DNA from: Candidatus Woesearchaeota archaeon
GTDB taxonomy: Archaea > Nanobdellota > Nanobdellia > Woesearchaeales > WAPY01
Direction of reading: 5' to 3'
DNA: 64,000 nucleotides
Assembly: GCA_049700835.1 (NCBI GenBank)
Contig: JBNAUL010000001.1
Coordinates: 246,043-310,042, forward strand
Below, one piece after another: positions 31,019 to 41,119 of the stretch. The notes below the pieces were generated by a model. It was not told the DNA's origin and made no database searches. It saw only the letters and a list, made by a program, of their open reading frames with translations. The translations under genes were made by a program, and so were the position numbers. Each line of letters starts with the position of its first letter. The first letter of the stretch is position 1.

Positions 31019-32302
31019 TTAACTTTGTGCTTGCTTCAAAATTCTGAGAAGCATTTCTCTTATGCTTTTAGGTTCATTGCAAAGTATTCTGCCAGTAACA
31101 TAGTTTTCATTTCCTCCAATCTTTCCAGGAAACTCTTTGGTTATTATGCTCTCAAAAAATCCTTTTAAATCAATGTTTATATCTTTTGAACTCATTGCAA
31201 CAACATCGTAACTGCAGTTATCCTCAATTTTGCTCCCAATATTTTCTTTGTTTTCATTACTGCATTCTGTTCTGTTCAAAAAACAGACAACCCTTTTTTT
31301 AGTGCAGAGTTTTGAAGCGTTCTTTACAAGTAGTTTTAAATCCTCATCCTCAAAAACAAGAAAACAGAACTCCAAGCCATTGATGTTTTCAAAACAAACC
31401 CTCTGCAAGAAATCAGAGAAATAATTGTAATATTTTTCCTTGAACCTTTCCTTGTCTGAAATCTGTTTTTTCAAAAAATCAAGAATTTCAAGCTCATTCT
31501 TTCCAGAATATTCCTCAATCAATCTCAAAACCCTACTCTGCAAAACAAATGCTCTCTTCGCTTCACTCCCTGTTTTAAATTTTATTACAAATCTTTCATT
31601 TCCAAGATTTTTGAAATCAGTTATTAAGAAAGATTCAATCTCTTTTGCATTCTTGACATGTGTTCCTGTGCATGCAGAAATATCAATTCCTTTGAACTCA
31701 ACTATTCTTACGAAATCTTCTTCAATCCTTTCTGTTTTTATCCTCAACCCATTTTTTATTTGTTTGTCAATGTTGTTTTTGTCAGAGTAATGAACAAGGA
31801 CATCCACGCCATTTTCTATGAGGTTGTTAGCAATTTCCTCTGCTTTGAACAAAATGTCAAAATCAAGTTTTTCAGTTTTAACAAAAAGATTTCCTTCATC
31901 CTCTTCAAGATTGATCTTTTCTGCCTCTAAAAAACTTCCTTGCTCTTCCAACAATCTTTTTAAAATTCCAAAGAAGAGGTGTTCGCCAGAGTGCATCATC
32001 CTAAGCTTTTTTCTTCTTTCAGCATCTATTCTTGCAATGACAAAATCATCATTTTTCAAACTGCCAAATTCAACCTTAACCTTATGGATTAGAAATTCTC
32101 TATCTAAAACCTCCAAAACAAAACCCTTGAAATAATCGTTTTCCAAAAAACCGTTGTCGCTTGGCTGTCCTCCAGAACTTGGCCTGAAAGGAGTTTTTTC
32201 AAGAACAACTTCCAAAAAATCTTGCTTTTCCTTCGCGCTCAAAACTCTTGTTTTCAATTCATAAATATCATTGTCATAAATTTCAAAATTTTCCCTTTTC
32301 AT
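31019..32302 (-). CDS. alaX: Free-standing alanyl-tRNA editing protein (AlaX-L-like) with C-terminal DHHA1-like region
   Basis: T.F.P.SGGQPSD.G, HSGEH, ACTGTHV; C-terminal KIGG. Confidence 0.85.
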   Translation of the reverse strand: MKRENFEIYDNDIYELKTRVLSAKEKQDFLEVVLEKTPFRPSSGGQPSDNGFLENDYFKGFVLEVLDREFLIHKVKVEFGSLKNDDFVIARIDAERRKKLRMMHSGEHLFFGILKRLLEEQGSFLEAEKINLEEDEGNLFVKTEKLDFDILFKAEEIANNLIENGVDVLVHYSDKNNIDKQIKNGLRIKTERIEEDFVRIVEFKGIDISACTGTHVKNAKEIESFLITDFKNLGNERFVIKFKTGSEAKRAFVLQSRVLRLIEEYSGKNELEILDFLKKQISDKERFKEKYYNYFSDFLQRVCFENINGLEFCFLVFEDEDLKLLVKNASKLCTKKRVVCFLNRTECSNENKENIGSKIEDNCSYDVVAMSSKDINIDLKGFFESIITKEFPGKIGGNENYVTGRILCNEPKSIREMLLRILKQAQS

Positions 32303-32427
32303 AATTTAGATTATCAGTTTGAGTTTAATAAAGTTTTTGATGCTTTGTTTTGCTGAAATTAATTTTAGCTAAATAAAAAACAAAAATTTATATATGATGA
32401 TCTCTTAAAAAGATTTGGGGTGGTCTA

Positions 32428-32679
32428 ATGGAAAAGCCTGTTGGAAAAATAACCCATTATTACACGAAAATAGGGGTTGCAGTAGTCGAACTGACAGACG
32501 CTTTGAAAGTAGGAGATAGGATACATATAAAAGGGGCTCATACGGATTTTGAGCAAGATGTTGTTTCAATGCAAATTGAGCATAAAAATGTCAGCGAAGC
32601 AAAAGCAAAGGCATCTATAGGGCTTAAAGTCAAAGATCATGTAAGAAATGGGGATGTTGTTTTCAAGATTGAGGAATAA
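32428..32679 (+). CDS. Translation-factor domain II-like / U32 C-terminal-like small protein
   Basis: VGKITHYY.KIGVA, LKVGD.I.IKG..TDFEQ.V.SMQ. Confidence 0.8.
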   Translation: MEKPVGKITHYYTKIGVAVVELTDALKVGDRIHIKGAHTDFEQDVVSMQIEHKNVSEAKAKASIGLKVKDHVRNGDVVFKIEE

Positions 32680-32745
32680 ACTTTTTTATTTTTTATGGTT
32701 TCTTTAGAAACATTTATTAAATAACAATGCAAAATACTTTCTATT

Positions 32746-34056
32746 ATGAGGATAGAACAACTCAAGGGAACAAGGGAATTTTTGCCAGAAGAACAGATAT
32801 TAAGAGAATATGTTCAAGATACTTTAAGGTCTGTTTTCAAGCTTTATGGTTACAAACCGATTGAAACATCAATCCTTGAATTCTATGAAATAGGCGCTTC
32901 AAAATACGCAGGCGGTGCCGAAATCCTAAAAGAAACATACAGATTAAAAGATCAAGGCAACAGGGATTTGATTTTAAGATATGAACTGACATTCAAACTT
33001 GCAAAACTAATTGCATTAAATCCAAACATAAGAATGCCTTTTAAGAGGTATGAAATAGGAAAGGTTTTCAGGGACGGGCCTGTAAAATCAGCTAGATTGA
33101 GGGAATTTACCCAATGCGATGTGGATGTTGTTGGCATAAAGAGCGTTGTTGCTGACGCTGAAATTATCTCGATGGTTTTTGATGTTTTTAAAAAACTAAA
33201 ACTTGATGTTTTTGTCAAGGTAAACAACAGGAAATTGCTTTTTGGAATACTAAAGGAATTTGATGTTAAGGATGAAAAGTTCATTGATTTCGCGCTTTCT
33301 CTTGACAAGATTGAAAAGATTGGAGAGGAGGAAGTGATAAATGAACTGAAAACAAAGGGCTTCAATGAAGGAACAATAAAAAAGATATTCTCGCTCTTTG
33401 AAGAAGCATCAGGAAAAAAGGATAACAAGGAGGTTCTTGAATTCTTAAAAGACAGATTAAGAAATGAATACGCTAAAGAAGGCATAATGGAATTGGAAGA
33501 TTTTTTTAATTATTGCAGTTCATTCGGAATAAAAGAGGATGTTGTTTTATCAATAACCCTTGCAAGAGGGCTTGGTTATTACACAGGAATAATGTATGAG
33601 GTTTTTCTTAAAAAATCCTCAATAAAGAGCACAATAGCTGCAGGAGGAAGATGGGACAAGATGATTCAGAATTTTGCCCAGTCAAAACAAGAATATCCTG
33701 CAACAGGAATAGCATTTGGTTTGGATGTTATTTACGAAGCATTGAAAGAAAAAAACACAGAAATTAACATAAAAGTACCTTCAGTACTGATAGTCTCTTT
33801 TGACAATACAGAAGAATCCTTAAGAACAGCAAGGGAATTGAGGGCTTTTGGAATAAGTTGTGACATAGCGTTCAACAAGAAACTTACAAAAGCGCTTGAC
33901 TATGCAAACAAAGAAAAGATACCTTACTGCATAATAATTGGAGAGGACGAAATAAAAAAGAAACTTTTGAGATTAAAGGACATGAGTTCAGGAAGCGAAG
34001 AACTGCTGAACATGGGAGAAATCAAAAGATTCTTTTCTGAGAAAAACAAAAAATAA
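32746..34056 (+). CDS. hisS: Histidine--tRNA ligase
   Basis: KGTR, LRYELT, FRDGP...RLREFTQ, ARGLGYYTG, GGRWD. Confidence 0.95.
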   Translation: MRIEQLKGTREFLPEEQILREYVQDTLRSVFKLYGYKPIETSILEFYEIGASKYAGGAEILKETYRLKDQGNRDLILRYELTFKLAKLIALNPNIRMPFKRYEIGKVFRDGPVKSARLREFTQCDVDVVGIKSVVADAEIISMVFDVFKKLKLDVFVKVNNRKLLFGILKEFDVKDEKFIDFALSLDKIEKIGEEEVINELKTKGFNEGTIKKIFSLFEEASGKKDNKEVLEFLKDRLRNEYAKEGIMELEDFFNYCSSFGIKEDVVLSITLARGLGYYTGIMYEVFLKKSSIKSTIAAGGRWDKMIQNFAQSKQEYPATGIAFGLDVIYEALKEKNTEINIKVPSVLIVSFDNTEESLRTARELRAFGISCDIAFNKKLTKALDYANKEKIPYCIIIGEDEIKKKLLRLKDMSSGSEELLNMGEIKRFFSEKNKK

Positions 34057-34369
34057 TCAAAAAATAAAAAAATATTTTTATAGAACATAAAAAACATAAA
34101 AAACAAATCAAACTGAACAAATCGAGCAAGAAAATAAAAAAAGAAAAAATAAGACAATGGCCTGCATTCTTTGAGAATTCTTGCAAAATTTTGGATTAAT
34201 TTTAAATTCTAAGAAATGCAAACATGTTCTTAACCATACAGTCTCTATTTTTCTTGCATTGTTATTAAGATAAAATTTTGCATTAAAAATTATCATTTTT
34301 TAATTTTTGTTAAATTGCAATGCTTTATTCTTAAGATTGTTAAAAATTTACAAATTAGCTGTTCTGTTT

Positions 34370-35512
34370 TTAATAAACAAAACTTAATCTTCTCAAAGCA
34401 TCCCTCTTTTCAAAATCGCCAAGTTTTGCCTGTTTTAGAGCTTCTCTTAGCAATTTAGTATTATCGTCCATCATTTCTTTATCAACAGGATATGGAATTT
34501 TGTCTTTGCCTCCGTGAGCATAGCTGAACTTTGCAGGATCTTGCCAAGAAGTTTCAGCTCCGTATACGAGCTGAGATATCAAAGCTAAAGCCCTTATTGT
34601 CTTAGGACCAATTCCCTTGATCATTAAAAAACTTTCGTAGTCCTTTGGCTGTATTTCATAAACCCTTTTCAGAGTTTCATAATCTTTTTCTATCATTTTA
34701 GGAATTAAATGATTGCTTTGCATTGTAAAGCCACATCTTAAGCTGGATCTTAAGCGTGATTCTTCTTTTGAAGAAAAATCTCCAAGGGTTTTTTGATTTT
34801 CAAAGAACCTATTAAAAATTCCTTTAAGATGAAACGGGTTTTCCCTTGCCAAATCAAGAGACACAGCTCTGTTCTCTCTGCTTTCCTTTGATGTTAAATC
34901 CATTACATTTTCTAAAAGAATCTTTGAATGAATGCCTGAATGCGGTTCCTCAACAAAACTCTCAACCTTGAAACTCAACCAATGGTATCTTCTTGCATAA
35001 AGAGAATTTTCATTCAAGCCCTGTTGAACAACGCTCCACGAACCATTCTCGCTTATAAAGAATGAATGGTGGTAAAGCTGAAAACCATCTTGCACCATGG
35101 AATTATCAACCTTTGCGCTTAGCCTTGACGCCTTTTTAAGTTCTTGCTCTTTTTTTGAACTTAAATTAAAATTTTCAACAGCAGTTTCTATGTCCTCAAG
35201 AGTTTTTTTAGAAGCACTTCCTTTCCCTCCAGCACAGAACAATCCAAGTTCTTGAGAATGCTCGTTTATTGATTTTTTCAAAGCAGCGGTTACTGTTGTT
35301 GTCAGGCCAGAACTGTGCCAGTCAAAACCCAAAATGCAGCCTAAACTTTGAAAGAAAAATGGATTTGCAATTCTACTCAAAAATTCTTCCTGTCCGAATT
35401 CAAAAACAATGAAAGCAGTTATTTCTTTGCCTAACCTTGCCATCCTAGGGAAGAGCCATTTAGGACATTTTCCAGGATGGAGCGGCAGATTAACAACTCC
35501 TGTTCTTTGCAT
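34370..35512 (-). CDS. DUF763 domain protein
   Basis: LPLH.G..P.WL, DWHSSGLTT, GGKG, KVD....QDG..LYHH, VQQG, KGIGP.T.RAL, DPAKFSYAHGGKD. Confidence 0.9.
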   Translation of the reverse strand: MQRTGVVNLPLHPGKCPKWLFPRMARLGKEITAFIVFEFGQEEFLSRIANPFFFQSLGCILGFDWHSSGLTTTVTAALKKSINEHSQELGLFCAGGKGSASKKTLEDIETAVENFNLSSKKEQELKKASRLSAKVDNSMVQDGFQLYHHSFFISENGSWSVVQQGLNENSLYARRYHWLSFKVESFVEEPHSGIHSKILLENVMDLTSKESRENRAVSLDLARENPFHLKGIFNRFFENQKTLGDFSSKEESRLRSSLRCGFTMQSNHLIPKMIEKDYETLKRVYEIQPKDYESFLMIKGIGPKTIRALALISQLVYGAETSWQDPAKFSYAHGGKDKIPYPVDKEMMDDNTKLLREALKQAKLGDFEKRDALRRLSFVY

Positions 35513-35560
35513 GAGACTAATTCTTAGTTTGGAATTTAAAAATATTTAGAGCAGGAATGT

Positions 35561-36343
35561 CTAGTGATTTTTGTTCAACAATCTTTCAAACTCTAAAGCA
35601 TTCTCGTACATGGAATAATTGTTGAAAAGAATGAAAATCTGTTTCGGCTTGAATTTTTTTTTCAACTCAAAAATTCTCTTTTTTAAAAGTTTTAATTCTT
35701 TGTAATCAAAATTGTAATTATACATTATCTTCTTTCCAAACCCGTGCAATCTGAAATACAAAAATTGCCTGCAAAATAAAGGATTGTTTCTGAAAACATC
35801 AACGCAATGCTCAATGTTGTTTTCCTCGCATATTTTTCTAATAATTTCCTCATGATCCAAGAAATCTCCGCGAAACTCAAAAACAATTCTTTCATCATCC
35901 AATTCTTCTGACGCCTTTTTCAAGAATTTTCTTAGATTATTGACATTGTTCTTTGTTGGTTTGAAAGAACTTGGAGTTTGAATTAACAAGATTTTTGAAT
36001 TCAATGTTCTTGCAATATCTAACGATTTTAAAAAACTTTGTTCAGAATCTCTTGTTTTAAACATATCAATGTGAGAAACAACCTTATTTACCTTCAATGC
36101 AAAAACAAACCTTTTGTTGACAGCGTGTGCTTCTTCAAGCCATCTTGATGTGGTTTTTTCATTAGGAAAGTTATAGAATGTGGAATTCACTTCAATAAAA
36201 TTAAAGAGAGAAGCATAGCACTGCAATCTTGAAACAAATCTCTTTTTCCAATCGTTACTAAAGTATTTTTTAGGTGAGAAGTAGCCCCAGCCGCAACAGC
36301 CAACAAAGCATTTTTCTGATTTCATACTTTGTTTATAAAGCAA
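35561..36343 (-). CDS. DUF72 (YecE-like) domain protein
   Basis: VG.CGW, EVNSTFY, Q.PSSF, EFR, YFRLHG, FNN. Confidence 0.9.
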   Translation of the reverse strand: MLYKQSMKSEKCFVGCCGWGYFSPKKYFSNDWKKRFVSRLQCYASLFNFIEVNSTFYNFPNEKTTSRWLEEAHAVNKRFVFALKVNKVVSHIDMFKTRDSEQSFLKSLDIARTLNSKILLIQTPSSFKPTKNNVNNLRKFLKKASEELDDERIVFEFRGDFLDHEEIIRKICEENNIEHCVDVFRNNPLFCRQFLYFRLHGFGKKIMYNYNFDYKELKLLKKRIFELKKKFKPKQIFILFNNYSMYENALEFERLLNKNH

Positions 36344-36832
36344 TCTTTCTTTAAAATTTTTGCTCTTTCAAACGAAAGTTTTATTTATTTAAAACAATGC
36401 CTTTCGAACATGCCTGCTGAAACGAGTTGCGGAGCAATAATTTTCAATAAGAGCCACGGAGCAATAAAATACCTTTTGCTCCATTACGAGTCAGGGCATT
36501 GGGACTTTGTAAAAGGGCACAAAGAAAACAAAGAGACGGATTTTGAGACAGTAATCAGGGAAACAAGAGAGGAGACAGGAATAGAAGATTTAAAATTCAT
36601 AGACGGCTTTAAGGAGAGAATAACATACTTTTATAAAACTCCTGATGGAAAAACAAGCTTTAAACAGGTTTTCTTTTATCTTGCAGAAACAAAGACAACA
36701 GAAGTGAAACTCTCTTTTGAGCACATCGGATACAAATGGCTGAGTTTTGAGGATGCTTACAACATGGTTACTTATAAGAATGCAAAAGATGTTCTCTTGA
36801 AAGCGCACTCATTCTTGAAAACCAAGTCCTAA
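36329..36832 (+). CDS. Nudix hydrolase, Ap4A hydrolase-like (likely start 36410)
   Basis: GHWDFVKGH.E..E......RE..EETG Nudix box; LSFEH..YKW. Confidence 0.9.
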   Translation: MFIKQSFFKIFALSNESFIYLKQCLSNMPAETSCGAIIFNKSHGAIKYLLLHYESGHWDFVKGHKENKETDFETVIRETREETGIEDLKFIDGFKERITYFYKTPDGKTSFKQVFFYLAETKTTEVKLSFEHIGYKWLSFEDAYNMVTYKNAKDVLLKAHSFLKTKS

Positions 36833-36844
36833 TAATTTTATCAC

Positions 36845-38675
36845 TTGATAATAGAAAAATTTATAAAAGATTGTGCCATAATTGCAAGGATGCACGAACT
36901 CGGATTTGAGGCGTTGAGCAAAAAAATAATTTTATTTTCAGACCAATTCTTAGGACTGAATCACAAGATTACATATTATTGGTGGGGAAGCGTAACAGGA
37001 ATTGAAGCAGATTTTGAAGATGAAAAATTAACTTCTGAATTTGAAGATTTTATAAACAAGAATTACAATTCAACCAAACTGTTTTTGAGATGCTCTGAAA
37101 TGCAAATGCCTTCTTATACAGTTCTACCAATCAGATACAATATTCATAATAGATTAGAGCACATGATTGCCACAGCAAAAATAACAAAAGAAGCATTGGA
37201 AAAGATTGCTTTTGAAAGAGAATTAAGCCAAAAAGAAAAAGAGATTTTGATTTTGTATGCAAACATGCATGACATAGGGCACATAGGGCACGAACTTGAA
37301 TGGTTCTTCAAAGAGTATTACAAGAAAAATCATGAGAGCATAGGACTTACCTTGATAAAAAAATATGCTGATATGAAAGAGGAAGATTTTGAGCTTCTTG
37401 AACAATTTTTTAAAGAAGAGAATGTGCTGTCAAAGATCATTTCTGGGGTGATTGGAACAGATAGAATAGCTTATATAAAATGAGATTTGGAAGTTTTAAA
37501 GCGTTTGGTAGAAGACAATTCTTATTTTTTGGCGTCTCTCAAAAAAGAAGAGAGACAATTTTGATTTCATTAGGGAGCAAACCATTTCTATCATCAAAGA
37601 AGTAGAAGATGAGTTGGATTGCAACATAATAAAGAGGGATTTTTCAGAAGTGATAGATAAAAATTGGAATTTCAAAAATGAAAAAGCAAAGAAAGAATAT
37701 TGTAGAGATTGGCTTGACAAAAAACTTGATTATTCAAAGATGTTTGAAAATGCAGCGTTTCCTTTCAACAGAACATTTATAGTGAATGAAAACGCATTTG
37801 AAACAGCTAAGAATTTTATAAAAGTCAGAATGATGTTGTACGACAGGCTTTATGGAGGACCATTGTCTTATGTGAACGCGGCATTGTTTGAGGCATTCAC
37901 AAAAAAACTCATAGATCTAGGTTTTATAAATACCAAATTGAATTTTTCCAATTATTGGAGAAAAAAAGAAGAGTTGATAAATGAGATTCTAAAAATAAAC
38001 AGTCAGCTTTATTCTTATAAAAAGATTAATGCAAAAATTGGAATCGACAGCATTAACGGAATAGTAATCTTTCAAGACAATTCACCAATAATCAGGATGC
38101 ATATGAACGGAAAAAAACCAGAATCATTTTTAGGACTTTTAACAGAAAATGAAGAACTAAGCACTAGTCTGCGCCAACAAATAGAAGATTTATTTAGTGA
38201 TTTTAAGAATATGCAGTTTTTGGAATACAAGCCAAACCTCATTGAGCTGACAGATTTGGATATATACAGGCTAATGATGGGAGTTGACTCTTTCGTTGAA
38301 AGGCGAAATCTTAATGAAAAGGATAAAGCAAAACTGAAAGTATTATCAGATGCGTACAACAAAATATCCTCAAATCCAAACATGATAAAAAGGTTCAGCA
38401 AAGAAGAAGTTAAAGTATTCCTGAATGAAACGAGCTCTAAAGACTATTACAAACAGATATTCAGCAACTTTCATTCAAAGGTTTTCTTGAACATGCATGA
38501 AAATAAGCTCGTTGTGATTGCAAATACAGATATGGTTATACATCCTGAAGAAATTTATGGAATAAAGGATAAAAAACTAAAAAACCTTTATGAAGAGAAA
38601 GATGTTGTTTATTTAATGAGTGAAATAAACAAGAGAAGAAAAGATTACTATTTTGCTGACATAAAACTTTCTTAG
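36845..38675 (+). pseudogene. Interrupted HD-domain phosphohydrolase (SAMHD1/dNTPase-like)
   Basis: HNRLEH, HDIGH, HE, DRIAYIK-TGA-D; then a +1 frame change near 37540 into the 37614-38675 ORF containing R.MLY..LY. Confidence 0.65.
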
Positions 38676-38750
38676 AGTATTGTAATGTGATTGCAAGATT
38701 ATTATCATTTTTAGAAAAATTTTTAATGAAGAAAAATATTTTCATATTGG

Positions 38751-40463
38751 ATGAAAAACATAGAAGTTGCAAATTTGTTATATGACATTGCTGACATTCT
38801 TGAAATACTTGGAGAAGCATTCAAACCGCAAGCATATAGAAAAGCTGCAAAGTCAATAGAGAGTTTAGGCGAAGACATTGAGGACTACTATAAAAACGGC
38901 AAATTGAGGGAAATTCCAGGAGTAGGAGAGAGCATAAGCGAGAAGATAAAAGAGTTCATAGCAACAGGAAAATCAAGTTATTATGAAGAACTCAAGAAAA
39001 AGATTCCAGAGGGAGTTGCAAGTTTAATAGAAATACCTGGAATGGGGCCTAAAAAGGCAATTTACTTATACAAGACATTGAATATAAAATCAATCGAGGA
39101 TTTGGAAGAAGCAGCAAAGAAAGGAAAATTGAAAGAGCTCAAAGGTTTTGGAGAAAAGAGCGAACAGGATATTCTAAAAGGAATAGAAATCCTGAAGAAG
39201 GGGCAGGAAAGATTTCTTTTAGGAGTTGCTCTGCCAATCGCAGAGGACATAGTTAATAGATTAAAAACCCTGAAAGAAGTTCAGAGGATAAGCATTGCAG
39301 GCTCTCTGAGAAGGATGAAGGAAACGATAGGAGATGTTGATATATTGGTGGTCTCGAAAAATCCAGAACCTGTAATGAATTATTTTACAAGCATTAAGGA
39401 GGTTAAAGATGTTATTGCAAAGGGAAAGACAAAGTCATCTGTAATATTGAACAGCAATTTGCAGGTTGATATAAGAGTCGTTGAAGATGAGAGTTTTGGT
39501 TCTGCTCTGCAGTATTTTACAGGAAGCAAAGAACACAACATTGCTTTGAGGGAGATATGCAAAAAAAAGAATTTGAAATTGAGCGAGTACGGGCTTTTTG
39601 ACAGCAAGAACAAAAGGATTGCAGGAAAGAATGAAGAAGAAGTTTACAAGAAGCTTGGGATGCAGTTCATAGAACCAGAACTTAGGGAAAACAATGGGGA
39701 GATAGAAGCTGCCCTAAAATGGAAATTGCCAAAACTTTTAGCATACGATGATGTGAGAGGGGACTTGCATGTCCACAGCAAATGGAGCGATGGAGTTGAT
39801 GAAATAAGGGAGGTTGCAATAGAGGCAAAAAAACTCGGCTATGAATACATCGCAATAACAGATCATTCAAAATCTCAGAGAATTGCCAGAGGACTTTCAG
39901 AACAAGATTTGGAAAAGAGAAATAGGGAAATAGATTCCTTGAATGAAAAGCTTCCAATAAATATATTGAAAGGCGCTGAGGTCGACATTCTTCCAGACGG
40001 AAGTTTGGATTATGATGACAGAGTGCTAAAAAATCTTGATTTAGTGATAGTTTCAATACACTCTAGGTTCAAATCAACAAAGGAGGAAATGACAAATAGA
40101 ATATTAAAAGCGCTTGACAACCCCTATGTAAACATCTTGGGGCATCCGACAGGAAGAATAATAACATCGAGGATTGAATATGAGGTAGATATTGACAGAA
40201 TAATAGAAAAGGCAAAATCAAACAGGATTGCATTGGAAATAAACTCAAATCCTGAAAGGTTGGATTTAAGGGATACCTATGTAAGAAAAGCAGTAAATTC
40301 TGGCGCAAAGCTTGCAATAGGAACTGATGCGCATTCAAAACTCCATCTCCATTTTATTAAATTTGGGATTGCCACAGCAAGGAGGGGATGGGCTGAAAAG
40401 AAGGATGTCATCAATGCTATGAGCTTTAAAGAACTCAACAAATTCTTGAAAAAAACAGAGTAG
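38751..40463 (+). CDS. polX: DNA polymerase X / PHP 3'-5' exonuclease
   Basis: HhH motifs, AGSLRR.KETIGDVD, YFTGSKEHN, DLHVHS.WSDG, ITDHS, TDAH. Confidence 0.95.
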   Translation: MKNIEVANLLYDIADILEILGEAFKPQAYRKAAKSIESLGEDIEDYYKNGKLREIPGVGESISEKIKEFIATGKSSYYEELKKKIPEGVASLIEIPGMGPKKAIYLYKTLNIKSIEDLEEAAKKGKLKELKGFGEKSEQDILKGIEILKKGQERFLLGVALPIAEDIVNRLKTLKEVQRISIAGSLRRMKETIGDVDILVVSKNPEPVMNYFTSIKEVKDVIAKGKTKSSVILNSNLQVDIRVVEDESFGSALQYFTGSKEHNIALREICKKKNLKLSEYGLFDSKNKRIAGKNEEEVYKKLGMQFIEPELRENNGEIEAALKWKLPKLLAYDDVRGDLHVHSKWSDGVDEIREVAIEAKKLGYEYIAITDHSKSQRIARGLSEQDLEKRNREIDSLNEKLPINILKGAEVDILPDGSLDYDDRVLKNLDLVIVSIHSRFKSTKEEMTNRILKALDNPYVNILGHPTGRIITSRIEYEVDIDRIIEKAKSNRIALEINSNPERLDLRDTYVRKAVNSGAKLAIGTDAHSKLHLHFIKFGIATARRGWAEKKDVINAMSFKELNKFLKKTE

Positions 40464-40572
40464 AATTTCCAAGCAGGAGCAAATATGAGAGCAAAGCACT
40501 GAGCATAGCAGTGTTCTAACAGCATTTTCTAAAAATCGTTAAAAACTGTTGTTAAAACTGCAAAACGAAAGA

Positions 40573-40607
40573 TTTATATATCTATATAGATATATCTGTT
40601 TAGATAT
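40573..40607 (+). promoter_or_regulatory. TATA box with overlapping palindromic operator(s), probably bound by the PadR protein
   Basis: TTTATATA at 40573; ATATCT-N4-AGATAT at 40578-40593 and 40592-40607; ATG at 40606. Confidence 0.6.
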
Positions 40608-41118
40608 GTTTACAGGCTATCTAAAAATCGCAATTCTGAATGAGCTTCAGGCAGGGGAAAAGACAGGATATGACATCATGAAGAGCATACATGAAAGGAC
40701 AAAAATCTTAAGGCCTTCTCCTGGTTGCGTTTACCCCTCTTTGAAGGAACTTTTAGAAAAGGGACTTGTAAAAATAACTAAGAAAAAATCAAAAAAGTAT
40801 TATTCCCTTACGAGGGAAGGAAAAAAGAAGATAGAAGAATTGAATGCGCAGAGAAAGAAAATTTTTGAAACTGTCTTAAACAAGCTTAGAGCTGCAAGGA
40901 TAAGCAGCAGTGTTAAAGAATTTGATGAAGTAGAACTGTCTTATGAAAACTTGAAACTTATAAAACCTCTGTTGAAAGATATAATCTCTTTGAGAAATAA
41001 TTTAATAAAATATTTAAGCATTGAGAAGAGGTACAGTTCAAAGATAAGAGAAATAAAAAAGATACTTTTAGAAGCAAACGGCAAAATAGCAAAGCTGATA
41101 GAAAAATCCGAAGCATAA
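40606..41118 (+). CDS. PadR-family transcriptional regulator
   Basis: GYDIMK.I, PSPG.VYP.L..L...GLV, KYYSLT..G. Confidence 0.88.
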   Translation: MFTGYLKIAILNELQAGEKTGYDIMKSIHERTKILRPSPGCVYPSLKELLEKGLVKITKKKSKKYYSLTREGKKKIEELNAQRKKIFETVLNKLRAARISSSVKEFDEVELSYENLKLIKPLLKDIISLRNNLIKYLSIEKRYSSKIREIKKILLEANGKIAKLIEKSEA

Positions 41119-41119
41119 A

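Noticed and set aside
37481..37483. TGA recoding (Sec or alternative genetic code) in the HD gene
   Set aside because: The position corresponds to a conserved Arg, a further frameshift follows, and other genes in the window use TGA as a normal stop.
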